From contig OZ024740.1 in assembly GCA_964016885.1 (NCBI GenBank), positions 356,128,001 through 356,192,000 of the forward strand: a stretch of 64,000 nt of DNA, written 5' to 3'. Shown here in pieces: positions 1 through 12,986 of this stretch; position 1 is the first letter of the stretch, and every line of letters begins with the position of its first letter. Source of the DNA: Eledone cirrhosa (lineage: Eukaryota). The position numbers and the translations under genes were made by a program. The notes below the pieces were generated by a model. It ran no database searches. It saw only the letters and a program-made list of their open reading frames with translations, and was not told the origin of the DNA.

Positions 1-3000
1 GACAGTGACAATCCATCCAACATATACCAAATATGTAATGTATGAGCAAGATGAGGACAGTGACAATCCATCCAACATATACCAAATATGTAATGTATGA
101 GCAAGATGAGGACAGTGACAATCCATCCAACATATACCAAATATGTAATGTATGAGCAAGATGAGGACAGTGACAATCCATCCAACATATACCAAATATG
201 TAATGTATGAGCAAGATGAGGACAGTGACAATCCATCCAACACATACCAAATATGTAATGTATGAGCAAGATGAGGACAGTGACAATCCATCCAACATAT
301 ACCAAATATGTAATGTATGAGCAAGATGAGGACAGTGACAATCCATCCAACATATACCAAATATGTAATGTATGAGCAAGATGAGGACAGTGACAATCCA
401 TCCAACACATACCAAATATGTAATGTATGAGCAAGATGAGGACAGTGACAATCCATCCAACACATACCAAATATGTAATGTATGAGCAAGATGAGGACAG
501 TGACAATCCATCCAACACATACCAAATATGTAATGTATGAGCACGATGAGGACAGTGACAATCCATCCAACACATACCAAATATGTAATGTATGAGCATG
601 ATGAGGACAGTGACAATCCATCCAACACATACCAAATATGTAATGTATGAGCAAGATGAGGACAGTGACAATCCATCCAACACATACCAAATATGTAATG
701 TATGAGCAAGATGAGGACAGTGACAATCCATCCAACACATACCAAATATGTAATGTATGAGCAAGATGAGGACAGTGACAATCCATCCAACACATACCAA
801 ATATGTAACGGATGAGCACGATGAGGACAGTGACAATCCATCCAACACATACCAAATATGTAATGTATGAGCAAGATGAGGACAGTGACAATCCATCCAA
901 CACATACCAAATATGTAATGTATGAGCATGATGAGGACAGTGACAATCCATCCAACACATACCAAATATGTAATGTATGAGCATGATGAGGACAGTGACA
1001 ATCCATCCAACACATACCAAATATGTAATGTATGAGCAAGATGAGGACAGTGACAATCCATCCAACATATACCAAATATGTAATGTATGAGCAAGATGAG
1101 GACAGTGACAATCCATCCAACACATACCAAATATGTAATGTATGAGCAAGATGAGGACAGTGACAATCCATCCAACACATACCAAATATGTAATGTATGA
1201 GCAAGATGAGGACAGTGACAATCCATCCAACATATACCAAATATGTAATGTATGAGCAAGATGAGGACAGTGACAATCCATCCAACACATACCAAATATG
1301 TAATGTATGAGCATGATGAGGACAGTGACAATCCATCCAACACATACCAAATATGTAATGTATGAGCAAGATGAGGACAGTGACAATCCATCCAACACAT
1401 ACCAAATATGTAATGTATGAGCAAGATGAGGACAGTGACAATCCATCCAACACATACCAAATATGTAATGTATGAGCAAGATGAGGACAGTGACAATCCA
1501 TCCAACACATACCAAATATGTAATGTATGAGCAAGATGAGGACAGTGACAATCCATCCAACATATACCAAATATGTAATGTATGAGCAAGATGAGGACAG
1601 TGACAATCCATCCAACACATACCAAATATGTAATGTATGAGCAAGATGAGGACAGTGACAATCCATCCAACATATACCAAATATGTAATGTATGAGCAAG
1701 ATGAGGACAGTGACAATCCATCCAACACATACCAAATATGTAATGTATGAGCAAGATGAGGACAGTGACAATCCATCCAACACATACCAAATATGTAATG
1801 TATGAGCAAGATGAGGACAGTGACAATCCATCCAACACATACCAAATATGTAATGTATGAGCATGATGAGGACAGTGACAATCCATCCAACACATACCAA
1901 ATATGTAATGTATGAGCAAGATGAGGACAGTGACAATCCATCCAACACATACCAAATATGTAATGTATGAGCAAGATGAGGACAGTGACAATCCATCCAA
2001 CACATACCAAATATGTAATGTATGAGCAAGATGAGGACAGTGACAATCCATCCAACACATACCAAATATGTAATGTATGAGCAAGATGAGGACAGTGACA
2101 ATCCATCCAACATATACCAAATATGTAATGTATGAGCAAGATGAGGACAGTGACAATCCATCCAACACATACCAAATATGTAATGTATGAGCAAGATGAG
2201 GACAGTGACAATCCATCCAACACATACCAAATATGTAATGTATGAGCAAGATGAGGACAGTGACAATCCATCCAACATATACCAAATATGTAATGTATGA
2301 GCAAGATGAGGACAGTGACAATCCATCCAACACATACCAAATATGTAATGTATGAGCAAGATGAGGACAGTGACAATCCATCCAACACATACCAAATATG
2401 TAATGTATGAGCAAGATGAGGACAGTGACAATCCATCCAACACATACCAAATATGTAATGTATGAGCAAGATGAGGACAGTGACAATCCATCCAACATAT
2501 ACCAAATATGTAATGTATGAGCAAGATGAGGACAGTGACAATCCATCCAACACATACCAAATATGTAATGTATGAGCACGATGAGGACAGTGACAATCCA
2601 TCCAACACATACCAAATATGTAATGTATGAGCAAGATGAGGACAGTGACAATCCATCCAACATATACCAAATATGTAATGTATGAGCAAGATGAGGACAG
2701 TGACAATCCATCCAACACATACCAAATATGTAATGTATGAGCAAGATGAGGACAGTGACAATCCATCCAACACATACCAAATATGTAATGTATGAGCAAG
2801 ATGAGGACAGTGACAATCCATCCAACACATACCAAATATGTAATGTATGAGCAAGATGAGGACAGTGACAATCCATCCAACACATACCAAATATGTAATG
2901 TATGAGCAAGATGAGGACAGTGACAATCCATCCAACACATACCAAATATGTAATGTATGAGCAAGATGAGGACAGTGACAATCCATCCAACATATACCAA

Positions 3001-6000
3001 ATATGTAATGTATGAGCAAGATGAGGACAGTGACAATCCATCCAACACATACCAAATATGTAATGTATGAGCAAGATGAGGACAGTGACAATCCATCCAA
3101 CACATACCAAATATGTAATGTATGAGCAAGATGAGGACAGTGACAATCCATCCAACATATACCAAATATGTAATGTATGAGCAAGATGAGGACAGTGACA
3201 ATCCATCCAACACATACCAAATATGTAATGTATGAGCAAGATGAGGACAGTGACAATCCATCCAACATATACCAAATATGTAATGTATGAGCAAGATGAG
3301 GACAGTGACAATCCATCCAACACATACCAAATATGTAATGTATGAGCAAGATGAGGACAGTGACAATCCATCCAACACATACCAAATATGTAATGTATGA
3401 GCAAGATGAGGACAGTGACAATCCATCCAACATATACCAAATATGTAATGTATGAGCAAGATGAGGACAGTGACATTCCATCCAACACATACCAAATATG
3501 TAATGTATGAGCAAGATGAGGACAGTGACAATCCATCCAACACATACCAAATATGTAATGTATGAGCAAGATGAGGACAGTGACAATCCATCCAACATAT
3601 ACCAAATATGTAATGTATGAGCAAGATGAGGACAGTGACAATCCATCCAACACATACCAAATATGTAATGTATGAGCAAGATGAGGACAGTGACAATCCA
3701 TCCAACATATACCAAATATGTAATGTATGAGCAAGATGAGGACAGTGACAATCCATCCAACACATACCAAATATGTAATGTATGAGCAAGATGAGGACAG
3801 TGACAATCCATCCAACACATACCAAATATGTAATGTTTGAGCAAGATGAGGACAGTGACAATCCATCCAACACATACCAAATATGTAATGTATGAGCAAG
3901 ATGAGGACAGTGACAATCCATCCAACACATACCAAATATGTAATGTATGAGCAAGATGAGGACAGTGACAATCCATCCAACACATACCAAATATGTAATG
4001 TATGAGCAAGATGAGGACAGTGACAATCCATCCAACACATACCAAATATGTAATGTATGAGCAAGATGAGGACAGTGACAATCCATCCAACACATACCAA
4101 ATATGTAATGTATGAGCAAGATGAGGACAGTGACAATCCATCCAACATATACCAAATATGTAATGTATGAGCAAGATGAGGACAGTGACAATCCATCCAA
4201 CACATACCAAATATGTAATGTATGAGCAAGATGAGGACAGTGACAATCCATCCAACACATACCAAATATGTAATGTATGAGCATGATGAGGACAGTGACA
4301 ATCCATCCAACACATACCAAATATGTAATGTATGAGCAAGATGAGGACAGTGACAATCCATCCAACACATACCAAATATGTAATGTATGAGCAAGATGAG
4401 GACAGTGACAATCCATCCAACACATACCAAATATGTAATGTATGAGAAAGATGAGGACAGTGACAATCCATCCAACACATACCAAATATGTAATGTATGA
4501 GCAAGATGAGGACAGTGACAATCCATCCAACATATACCAAATATGTAATGTATGAGCACGATGAGGACAGTGACAATCCATCCAACACATACCAAATATG
4601 TAATGTATGAGCAAGATGAGGACAGTGACAATCCATCCAACACATACCAAATATGTAATGTATGAGCAAGATGAGGACAGTGACAATCCATCCAACACAT
4701 ACCAAATATGTAATGTATGAGAAAGATGAGGACAGTGACAATCCATCCAACACATACCAAATATGTAATGTATGAGCAAGATGAGGACAGTGACAATCCA
4801 TCCAACACATACCAAATATGTAATGTATGAGCAAGATGAGGACAGTGACAATCCATCCAACATATACCAAATATGTAATGTATGAGCACGATGAGGACAG
4901 TGACAATCCATCCAACACATACCAAATATGTAATGTATGAGCAAGATGAGGACAGTGACAATCCATCCAACACATACCAAATATGTAATGTATGAGCAAG
5001 ATGAGGACAGTGACAATCCATCCAACACATACCAAATATGTAATGTATGAGCAAGATGAGGACAGTGACAATCCATCCAACACATACCAAATATGTAATG
5101 TATGAGCAAGATGAGGACAGTGACAATCCATCCAACACATACCAAATATGTAATGTATGAGCACGATGAGGACAGTGACAATCCATCCAACACATACCAA
5201 ATATGTAATGTATGAGCACGATGAGGACAGTGACAATCCATCCAACACATACCAAATATGTAATGTATGAGCAAGATGAGGACAGTGACAATCCATCCAA
5301 CACATACCAAATATGTAATGTATGAGCACGATGAGGACAGTGACAATCCATCCAACACATACCAAATATGTAATGTATGAGCAAGATGAGGACAGTGACA
5401 ATCCATCCAACATATACCAAATATGTAATGTATGAGCAAGATGAGGACAGTGACAATCCATCCAACACATACCAAATATGTAATGTATGAGCAAGATGAG
5501 GACAGTGACAATCCATCCAACACATACCAAATATGTAATGTATGAGCACGATGAGGACAGTGACAATCCATCCAACACATGCCAAATATGTAATGTATGA
5601 GCAAGATGAGGACAGTGACAATCCATCCAACACATACCAAATATGTAATGTATGAGCAAGATGAGGACAGTGACAATCCATCCAACATATACCAAATATG
5701 TAATGTATGAGCAAGATGAGGACAGTGACAATCCATCCAACACATGCCAAATATGTAATGTATGAGCAAGATGAGGACAGTGACAATCCATCCAACACAT
5801 ACCAAATATGTAATGTATGAGCAAGATGAGGACAGTGACAATCCATCCAACATATACCAAATATGTAATGTATGAGCAAGATGAGGACAGTGACAATCCA
5901 TCCAACACATACCAAATATGTAATGTATGAGCAAGATGAGGACAGTGACAATCCATCCAACACATACCAAATATGTAATGTATGAGCAAGATGAGGACAG

Positions 6001-6189
6001 TGACAATCCATCCAACACATACCAAATATGTAATGTATGAGCACGATGAGGACAGTGACAATCCATCCAACACATACCAAATATGTAATGTATGAGCACG
6101 ATGAGGACAGTGACAATCCATCCAACACATGCCAAATATGTAACGTATGAGCACGATGAGGACAGTGACAATCCATCCAACACATACCA
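1..6189. repeat. 55-bp tandem satellite, about 112.5 copies, truncated by the window start
   Basis: Unit GACAGTGACAATCCATCCAACAYATACCAAATATGTAATGTATGAGCAAGATGAG recurs at 1, 56, 111 ... 6161 with only a few variable positions and no indels seen. Confidence 0.99.
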
Positions 6190-6519
6190 GTGTGGAAACT
6201 GGACATAAAAATAAGAATGGATATATATTTTTTTAATTTAGTACTTGTATGTATAACTTTTGAATTCCAATTACTTGCACCAAGCCAACTTTGATATATA
6301 TAATGTTGGGGTTTTGCTGTGTATTCTAGTTTTTTTCTGTGTATGAGCCGCCCCAAACCTGATGACCACTGGGTCCCCAAGGTCTAAATCTGGCCCTGAT
6401 CATCATCCTCATTATGATTTCTTCACTAGTTTCATGTGAGTTTCTACTGCATTACCCAGTGAATCTCCATATTTCTGAGGTGTTTGTATCATTTTGTCCT
6501 TATTTCTGTTGGGGTTTAA

Positions 6520-6740
6520 CCCTTTAGCATTTACATTACTCTATATTTGCTATAATATTTTCATTGTAACGGCTTTACCTCACATAATTATCTCACATAA
6601 TATCGAATCTGTGAGCTTTTGATATTATTAATTTTGAGAACAATATATTAACATTAGTATGAATGGCTGGTTACAGCCGGTTTGAACAGAAAAAGGTGAG
6701 AGAATTCTGGTCAGATACAGCTGGTTTAAATGTTAAAGGG
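6520..6740. mobile_element. piggyBac-like MITE, copy 1
   Basis: TTAA|CCCTTTAGCAT ... ATGTTAAAGGG|TTA terminal inverted repeats; internal sequence matches 7599-7807 in the opposite orientation. Confidence 0.7.
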
Positions 6741-7101
6741 TTATAAGGTATTGCATAGTGTTGTGAGCACTGGTCTATGTTTTTGTTCATAATAATAATA
6801 ATTATTATTGTTGTTGTTGTTATTATTATTTTTTAACCTGGTAACATTTCTAACAGTTTGATTTAGGAAAACAAAAACGTACAAAATGAAGGAAAAACAA
6901 AAAAGAAAGAAAAGACGCCAGACATATTTCAGTGTTGCAGTAAATAAATACAACTCTAAATTAAATATCATATCAACTAACTGATTCTATACACTACATC
7001 AACCTCAACAAAATATGTTAAGTTGTTTAATCAACTGTACTACTTACTCATTGAGTATATAGAAGTTTACTGAATTTTGATGATGAGTGTTGTAGAGGAT
7101 A

Positions 7102-7323
7102 ATGAGAATAGAGCCAGTGATGATTGCTATGAAGAATGGAATGAGATGGCTGGATCATGTGTTGAGGAAGGATGAAAGTGATAGAATAAGAGGAGTGATG
7201 GAAATGAATACAGAAGGAAGTAAAGGAAGAGGAAAACCAAGAAAGACATGGCTGGAGATAATGGAGGTGGAAATGAAAGCCAGAAGGTTTGTGATGGTAA
7301 ATGCAAATTACAGAGAAAAATAG
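7102..7323 (+). pseudogene. Degenerate RTE-clade LINE C-terminal fragment
   Basis: MRWLDHVLRKDE...GSKGRGKPRKTWLE matches the RTE C-terminal motif LRWYGHVMR...GRGRPRKTW seen in the intact copies in this window. Confidence 0.75.
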
Positions 7324-7598
7324 AGAAACTTGTCATAGGACCCACAAAACTAATCTGCGCTTTAGCAGAAGATGGTCTTAAAACTCTCGTTTTCACTTCC
7401 TGAAAATAGAATGTAAGGGTTTGAGTATTCCGTTGGTCCATACACCCTTAACTTAATTCTCAGAGAAGTTCAGTGTAACAGTGTAACAAGACTGGTTTTT
7501 TAATTATAGATACAATCCATTAAGCGAGTTTCTAAATATGTTCAATCAACTCAGTTTCACTCATAAGGTCAACTTCAGCCTATGGTAAAGACACTTAA

Positions 7599-7807
7599 CC
7601 CTTTAGCATATAAACTGGCCGTATCTGGCCAGAATTCTCTCACCTCTTTCTGTTCAAACTGGTCATAATCGGCTGCTTATATTTATGTTCTCAAAATAGA
7701 TAATATCAAACTCTCGTAGATTCGATGTTATGTGAGATAATTGTGTGAGATAAAGTGTTTACTGTGAAAATACAATAGTAAATATAGATAATATAAAGAC
7801 TAAAGAG
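7599..7807. mobile_element. piggyBac-like MITE, copy 2 (inverted relative to copy 1)
   Basis: TTAA|CCCTTTAG ... CTAAAGAG|TTAA, with a TTAA duplication on both sides. Confidence 0.7.
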
Positions 7808-8865
7808 TTAAGCAAGATGTCACGCAATAAGAAATCAAAGCCAAAACCTTATGATTGTGAAGCAAGCTTAAACATTTGGCTATGCTTGTGCCTACACAGT
7901 CAAAGTGTAGTAGTTGAGTATTACACAAACAATTGCAACTTTAATGTAACTCTCAAATATGCCAGTATAAGATAGTGTGTGTCAAGACTGGCAGTTACAA
8001 TACATCTAACAATATGTATAACAGTTACTGTCTCCTAAATTTTACTCACAAGACTTGAGTCCATCCAATGTCATAGAAGACACAACCAAAGTGCTGAGCA
8101 CTGGTATTGGATCATAAGCTCTCGTGACTATAAAAAAGAATTCCTTATTTAACAATGCTTGTTCTATATGAAAAGAACTAGTAACAGTGAAACCAAATGA
8201 TAAGCTTGATTACAACGTTTTCCTGTTCACCAGACTTTAGCTTTTTATTTACGTATAATTGGTGAAAATCATCAAAATATTGACCTTGAATATAATTTGA
8301 CCCCATTTTTGGCACATATTTCTTATCTTATGTATAAGTATATATGGTTATTACATTGCTTGACCTAGCTGTAAACAGTGAAGTTAGAAGAAATAGTCCA
8401 AGATAAAATGAGTTGATAACCAGCTGTAGGGTGTGACTACAAAATATTAATAAATGTAGGGTGAGTTTGAGGTAAATTTGGTTGCTATTTTTAGTAGTTT
8501 CTTCCTCTAGCTTTGGACAAGTAGAACAGAGCAATATAATTCTCTACTGTAAGTATTCTCAGAATTGTGGAATCGATGAATAGTTTGTAAATTTGAAGGA
8601 GTGTGGCCTAGTGGTTAGGGTGATGAAATCACGATCATAAGGTTTATTCCTAAACTAGCCAGTATGTTGTGTCCTTATTTTACAATGTTCCTGTTGACTC
8701 AGCTGGGGAAAAAAAAACGAGTCATGATGAAACTGGTTCCAGAAGGTATCAGTCATTTTTCTCCCCTTCGAAAACATTACTGTCATAGAGAATCGAGACT
8801 TACATGCATAATTGACGCTAATCTTCTATAAAACACCCTCCCCAGTTTTATGCCCTGGAGTGGCA

Positions 8866-8935
8866 AACCCATGGTCAGATGCTCATAAGTGTATAACCCA
8901 TGGTCAGATGCTCATAAGTGTATAACCCATGGTCA
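8866..8935. repeat. 29-bp tandem duplication (about 2.4 copies) inside an old tRNA-SINE remnant (about 8596-8950)
   Basis: AACCCATGGTCAGATGCTCATAAGTGTAT repeated directly. Confidence 0.85.
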
Positions 8936-9540
8936 ATTATGACCAAAGGGATCTTCCTAATTTCTTTACATGTTAATATATGGTTTCTCATCTGACAACA
9001 GTCACGTATGATAGATAGCTCAATGCCATCCATATCATTACTCTGTTGAATACTTGTAAATATAAGAGATAAGCACTGGCATTATCGATTCTTGTGATTC
9101 AAAAAGAATTAGCATTCTCTTATTTTTGATATGGTCCAGGTTTTTGTAGCTTAGATGAAAGAGGAAGATAAAACGTTCATAATATTTCCAAATGAATGTA
9201 TCAGTGGTATGGGTATCAGAAAGGAAGCATAGTTCCAGCATGCTGTTAGTTTACTTTACATTTTATAAATATATATATATGTGTGTATATACTAGTGCCC
9301 TCCTGGCCTTCACCCTGGTTTGTACTGTACTGAAATCTATTCATAAGGCACCTATTATCATCTGTCGTAATATCCATTTGCCTTAGAATAAAGAATGTTA
9401 AAATGTATTTAAATATTGTATAACAATTTCTAAAATTTATTTAGAATATCTAACTATAGAAAGTAATAAAGAAAAGAATAGAAAAATGTATTCTACGAAA
9501 ATTATAAAACATTTACAGAACATCAGTATATACAATGTTT

Positions 9541-9730
9541 TTAGCATTGATACATTTATAGGTCTGGCTACCTCCAGGGATCATTTGTGAAAGATTTTGT
9601 TGATGGCATTCACTTTGATGTTTTGGGGGGCAAGGATTGCTCTTTCACACAGCCACACTTTGTTGGAATAGGGGATTTGTAAATTGGGGAACACTTAATT
9701 AATTAAGCTTACAATGCTTTCCACAATAGT
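9541..9730 (-). pseudogene. Helitron PIF1-like helicase remnant
   Basis: Manual minus-strand translation gives SLIN*VFPNLQIPYSNKVWLCERAILAPQNIKVNAINKIF, then a frameshift, then QMIPGGSQTYKCIN. WLCERAILAPxN is characteristic of Helitron helicases. Confidence 0.8.
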
Positions 9731-10407
9731 ACAAAATGATAAAGGATCAAAACATCCTTCAGTATCAAGAGATTCTATAGATTTAAATGGCTGAGAACTG
9801 CTTATTTGTAACTCCAAGTGTGCCCCCCCCCCCCCCTTCTGCCACTGGAGGCTTGGAATATCCGAGACCCCCCCCCCTCATTCTATTTTCAAAAAAGATG
9901 ATATATAATAAAGAAAGAAAATAGTAGAAAAATGTATTCTACGAAAATTATAAAACATTTACAAAACTTCAGTATATACAATGTTTTAACTTTTTCCTTC
10001 AGAGCATATATGAAGGGTTTGTGGGGGTTTTCCTAGTTGTGAATAACCTACATGAAGACCGACAGCCTGCAGAGTTTGACCTTGTGATTTGTTAATGGTC
10101 ATTGTGTAACTGACTCTCACTGGGAAGTGCAATCATTTGAAAGGAAAGAGGATATCTGTTGGCATTAGCTGTCTTCTAGGTATAAATGTGATGTCTCCCT
10201 TACCACATCCAATGAGGATTTTGGCTTAGATAATATGAGGCTGTAGTTCAGTCAAAACCATACATATCCCATTGCACAATCTTGGCTTCACCAATCCAAA
10301 AGTGCATCACATGAGCAAGACATAATCACCTGAATTGTCTGGTTCGTAACAACTCATCTTACTCATGCAAGCATGGAAAATAGATGTTATATGGGGATTA
10401 TGATGAT

Positions 10408-10457
<50 letters not shown>

Positions 10458-10734
10458 AGAATTGGTGCTCTGAAATAGCGATATATCCTAAAAGGACGGT
10501 AGTCCGTTTAGTAATATTGTTGTGGTCGTGTTTTCGTTGGCAATCGTCTGTTTACGACAGTACAGCGCGGCTCTACTTTATTTAACTGAGATAAAACTTA
10601 TATGAGCATGAACAGTAGATCATTACGCATCTTTTGGCTTAAAAATCTAGAAATTTGGTCCAGCGGGAAAAAGTTTATAATCAAAGTTTGCTGATAAATC
10701 TTGTGTTCAAGTGAGTGAGTAGTAAGCGTGACGC

Positions 10735-10858
10735 TAGGGGAGGTAATCCAGAAATGACGATTTTTTTTCGGCGGAACTCTTGTGATACGTTCGTCAAATG
10801 TAGTCAAATCGCCGAATCCCCTCCTCCTAATTGACTACGTCATTTCTGAACGGCCCTA
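10735..10858. mobile_element. Possible small MITE or hairpin within the cassette
   Basis: TAGGGG...CAGAAATGACG versus CGTCATTTCTG...CCCTA imperfect terminal inverted repeats. Confidence 0.35.
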
Positions 10859-11420
10859 CTTGCGTCAGTGTGAAACATTACTTCACTTTTCACTGCTAAA
10901 ATGCTTTTTAAATACTTCGTTAAAAATTTATGTTTATTATCAAAGCTATTTTTTGTACCAATCTATCAATGGTTTGCGAAAATATAGGTAAACATGTGAG
11001 TTAAATTTTTTTTAATCGCATCGATCGCTTTGTCGCACCGACTGTGACACTGTCTGACTGTCTGTCTGACTGACACCTTTGTCGGACCGACACCTTTGTT
11101 CAAGCGGACAACTTTGTTCGTGCCGGCATCTCTGCGAAACACCGATGACAACAACCAGACCAAAATTTCACTTCATTCTTCATTCTTCTTCAAGACCGAT
11201 CGCCGACCGATCGTATCGGTTGCTCTTCATATACCAGGTATTCAACAGATAGTTTGCACTTCTAGTATTATTAACAGTCGTGCGATTTTTTGTACCGATA
11301 GGTGCGAATAGTGCGATAGGTGCGAATAGTGTACAATATTTTCTGAGATTTGCATCCACTAATTTCGCTTAATTAAAAATGATGTTTCGCGGCTTTTTGA
11401 TCGGCTTATTCATTTTTTCC

Positions 11421-12174
11421 ATGGCACGGAAATGGAGTATTTCCATTTCGAATCAAAACTTTTCACTAAAATCGGGCAATTGGACTGATCAAATTCACAT
11501 TCATGCCAGTTTTTACAAATCCATAATTAGAAATGTGGCGAAATCGAATGACCAGAAGGTATAAAAATATTAATTCAAATGTATTTACTTATCATACCAA
11601 CAAAAATACTTAGATATTTTGTATACCTGGGGCCCGTCAGGAGCAGGTAATGTTAATCGCCAACATTGTTATCTGTTGTCCTTTTGTGAAAGTATTGGTG
11701 GTTCATGTCGGCTCTAATGATCTGAATCCTCGTCGCACCGTTGGCACTACAAAGCTGTGCAAAGTAATACAATAATTTTTGCCCAAGTATTTTTTATTAA
11801 TCATTTATTTGTAAATTAAGGACAAAGTGCCCATTCAAGGCACAAAACCGGAAAAACAGGGGAAGAGTCTCTTTGCAAGGCTACAGAAAATAGCGGAAAA
11901 GCACCACTGTACACCCATTTTCTACAGTGGTGTCATTCCACGTCCACAAAGTGTAATTGAAAATAAAAATGACTTGGGCAAGAGAAATTCTCGTTTGGAA
12001 AAGTTTAATTACTGCATGAAAGAAATGATTCAAAAATTGAACTTGCCCAATCTTCACAACATTGAAAATTGGTCAAAATTTGACAAATCTGACTTCAAAC
12101 CAGATATGATTCATTTGAACAATGTTGGAAATCTTAAATTGACACAAATTTTTGCCAATGTTTTTGCCACCTGA
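11421..12174 (+). CDS. Spliced SGNH/GDSL hydrolase (esterase), about 213 aa; exons 11421-11558, 11614-11763, 11821-12174
   Basis: Two phase-0 GT-AG introns (11559-11613, 55 nt; 11764-11820, 57 nt) join an open frame with the SGNH blocks in order: KSIIRNV (block I, GDS degenerate), FCIPGAR (II), VHVGSND (III), YSGVIPR, DMIHLN (V). AATAAA at 12212. Confidence 0.8.
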
Positions 12175-12354
12175 TCCTTGTTCTATGGCTGACTGACTAA
12201 TTTTGTGACTTAATAAAATGTCATCATACTAGTAATGCACAATGGTCATTTTTAAATTTAAATTTTATTAAATAGTTGTTGCTTGCATTGCCTTAAAATA
12301 GTAACAAGAATGTACACATACTTTTTAAAAATACATCATTATCAGTCAAATCAG

Positions 12355-12714
12355 TCAAATGTCACTAAAAGCCAGGTGGTCGATAACAACTTCTATAAGA
12401 TTAGTTACATGCTCACACATTGGATCACCTCTCATCAATGGCATTGGGTGTCTGAGATAATCGTGGAGATAACTGATGAAGTCACAAATGAAGTGATGGT
12501 CTTCCAGTGTGAACAACTCCCTATATCCATTGATATATGTGATGGCTTCCGATTCATAGGTGCATTTTATGAGGAATTCCATGCATCCGATTTTCAGTGA
12601 TTCAATGGGCATTTTATCAGAGATGATAAGGTATTTGACCACGTTTTGCTTTGTAAGTAAATTGGAGAGAATCACTGCAGTCAAAGTCATTTCTTTGCAT
12701 GGGTTTCTGTCCAT
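12355..12714 (-). CDS. 119-aa stand-alone BACK-like (SPOP/BTB-associated) domain protein
   Basis: LLTKQNVVKYLIISDKMPIESLKIGCMEFLIK fits the BACK pattern LxxxNxxxxLxxADxxxxxxLKxxCxxFI. A possible 43-nt 5'UTR intron (12716-12758, GTAAGT...TTTAG) ends 1 nt before the ATG. Minus-strand AATAAA at 12264-12269. Confidence 0.55.
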   Translation of the reverse strand: MDRNPCKEMTLTAVILSNLLTKQNVVKYLIISDKMPIESLKIGCMEFLIKCTYESEAITYINGYRELFTLEDHHFICDFISYLHDYLRHPMPLMRGDPMCEHVTNLIEVVIDHLAFSDI

Positions 12715-12986
12715 TCTAAAAAGTTAAAATGATAAAGTATTACTACTATATAACTTACATCTATTGTTGTAACACCATTGAAATGCACAAGTTTCACCAA
12801 TTCACTATAATGCACTAATCATCTCAAATGCATTCATGATTTACTAGCTTTGTCATTAAGCCAGTTGCCTCAACTAGATTGCAATTATACTCAAAAGAAC
12901 TTTAAATATCAATCACTTGTCAGTAATTCACTATGATCATTTAATTATTAGATAGTTGTTGCTTGCATTGCCTTAAAAAACAGTAG

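Noticed and set aside
1-6189. CRISPR array or coding repeat
   Set aside because: There are no unique spacers, the unit is not a multiple of 3, no long ORF is present, and the context is eukaryotic.
6355-6398. CTGATGA as a hammerhead core
   Set aside because: No downstream GAAA or stem III; it looks like a MITE end instead.
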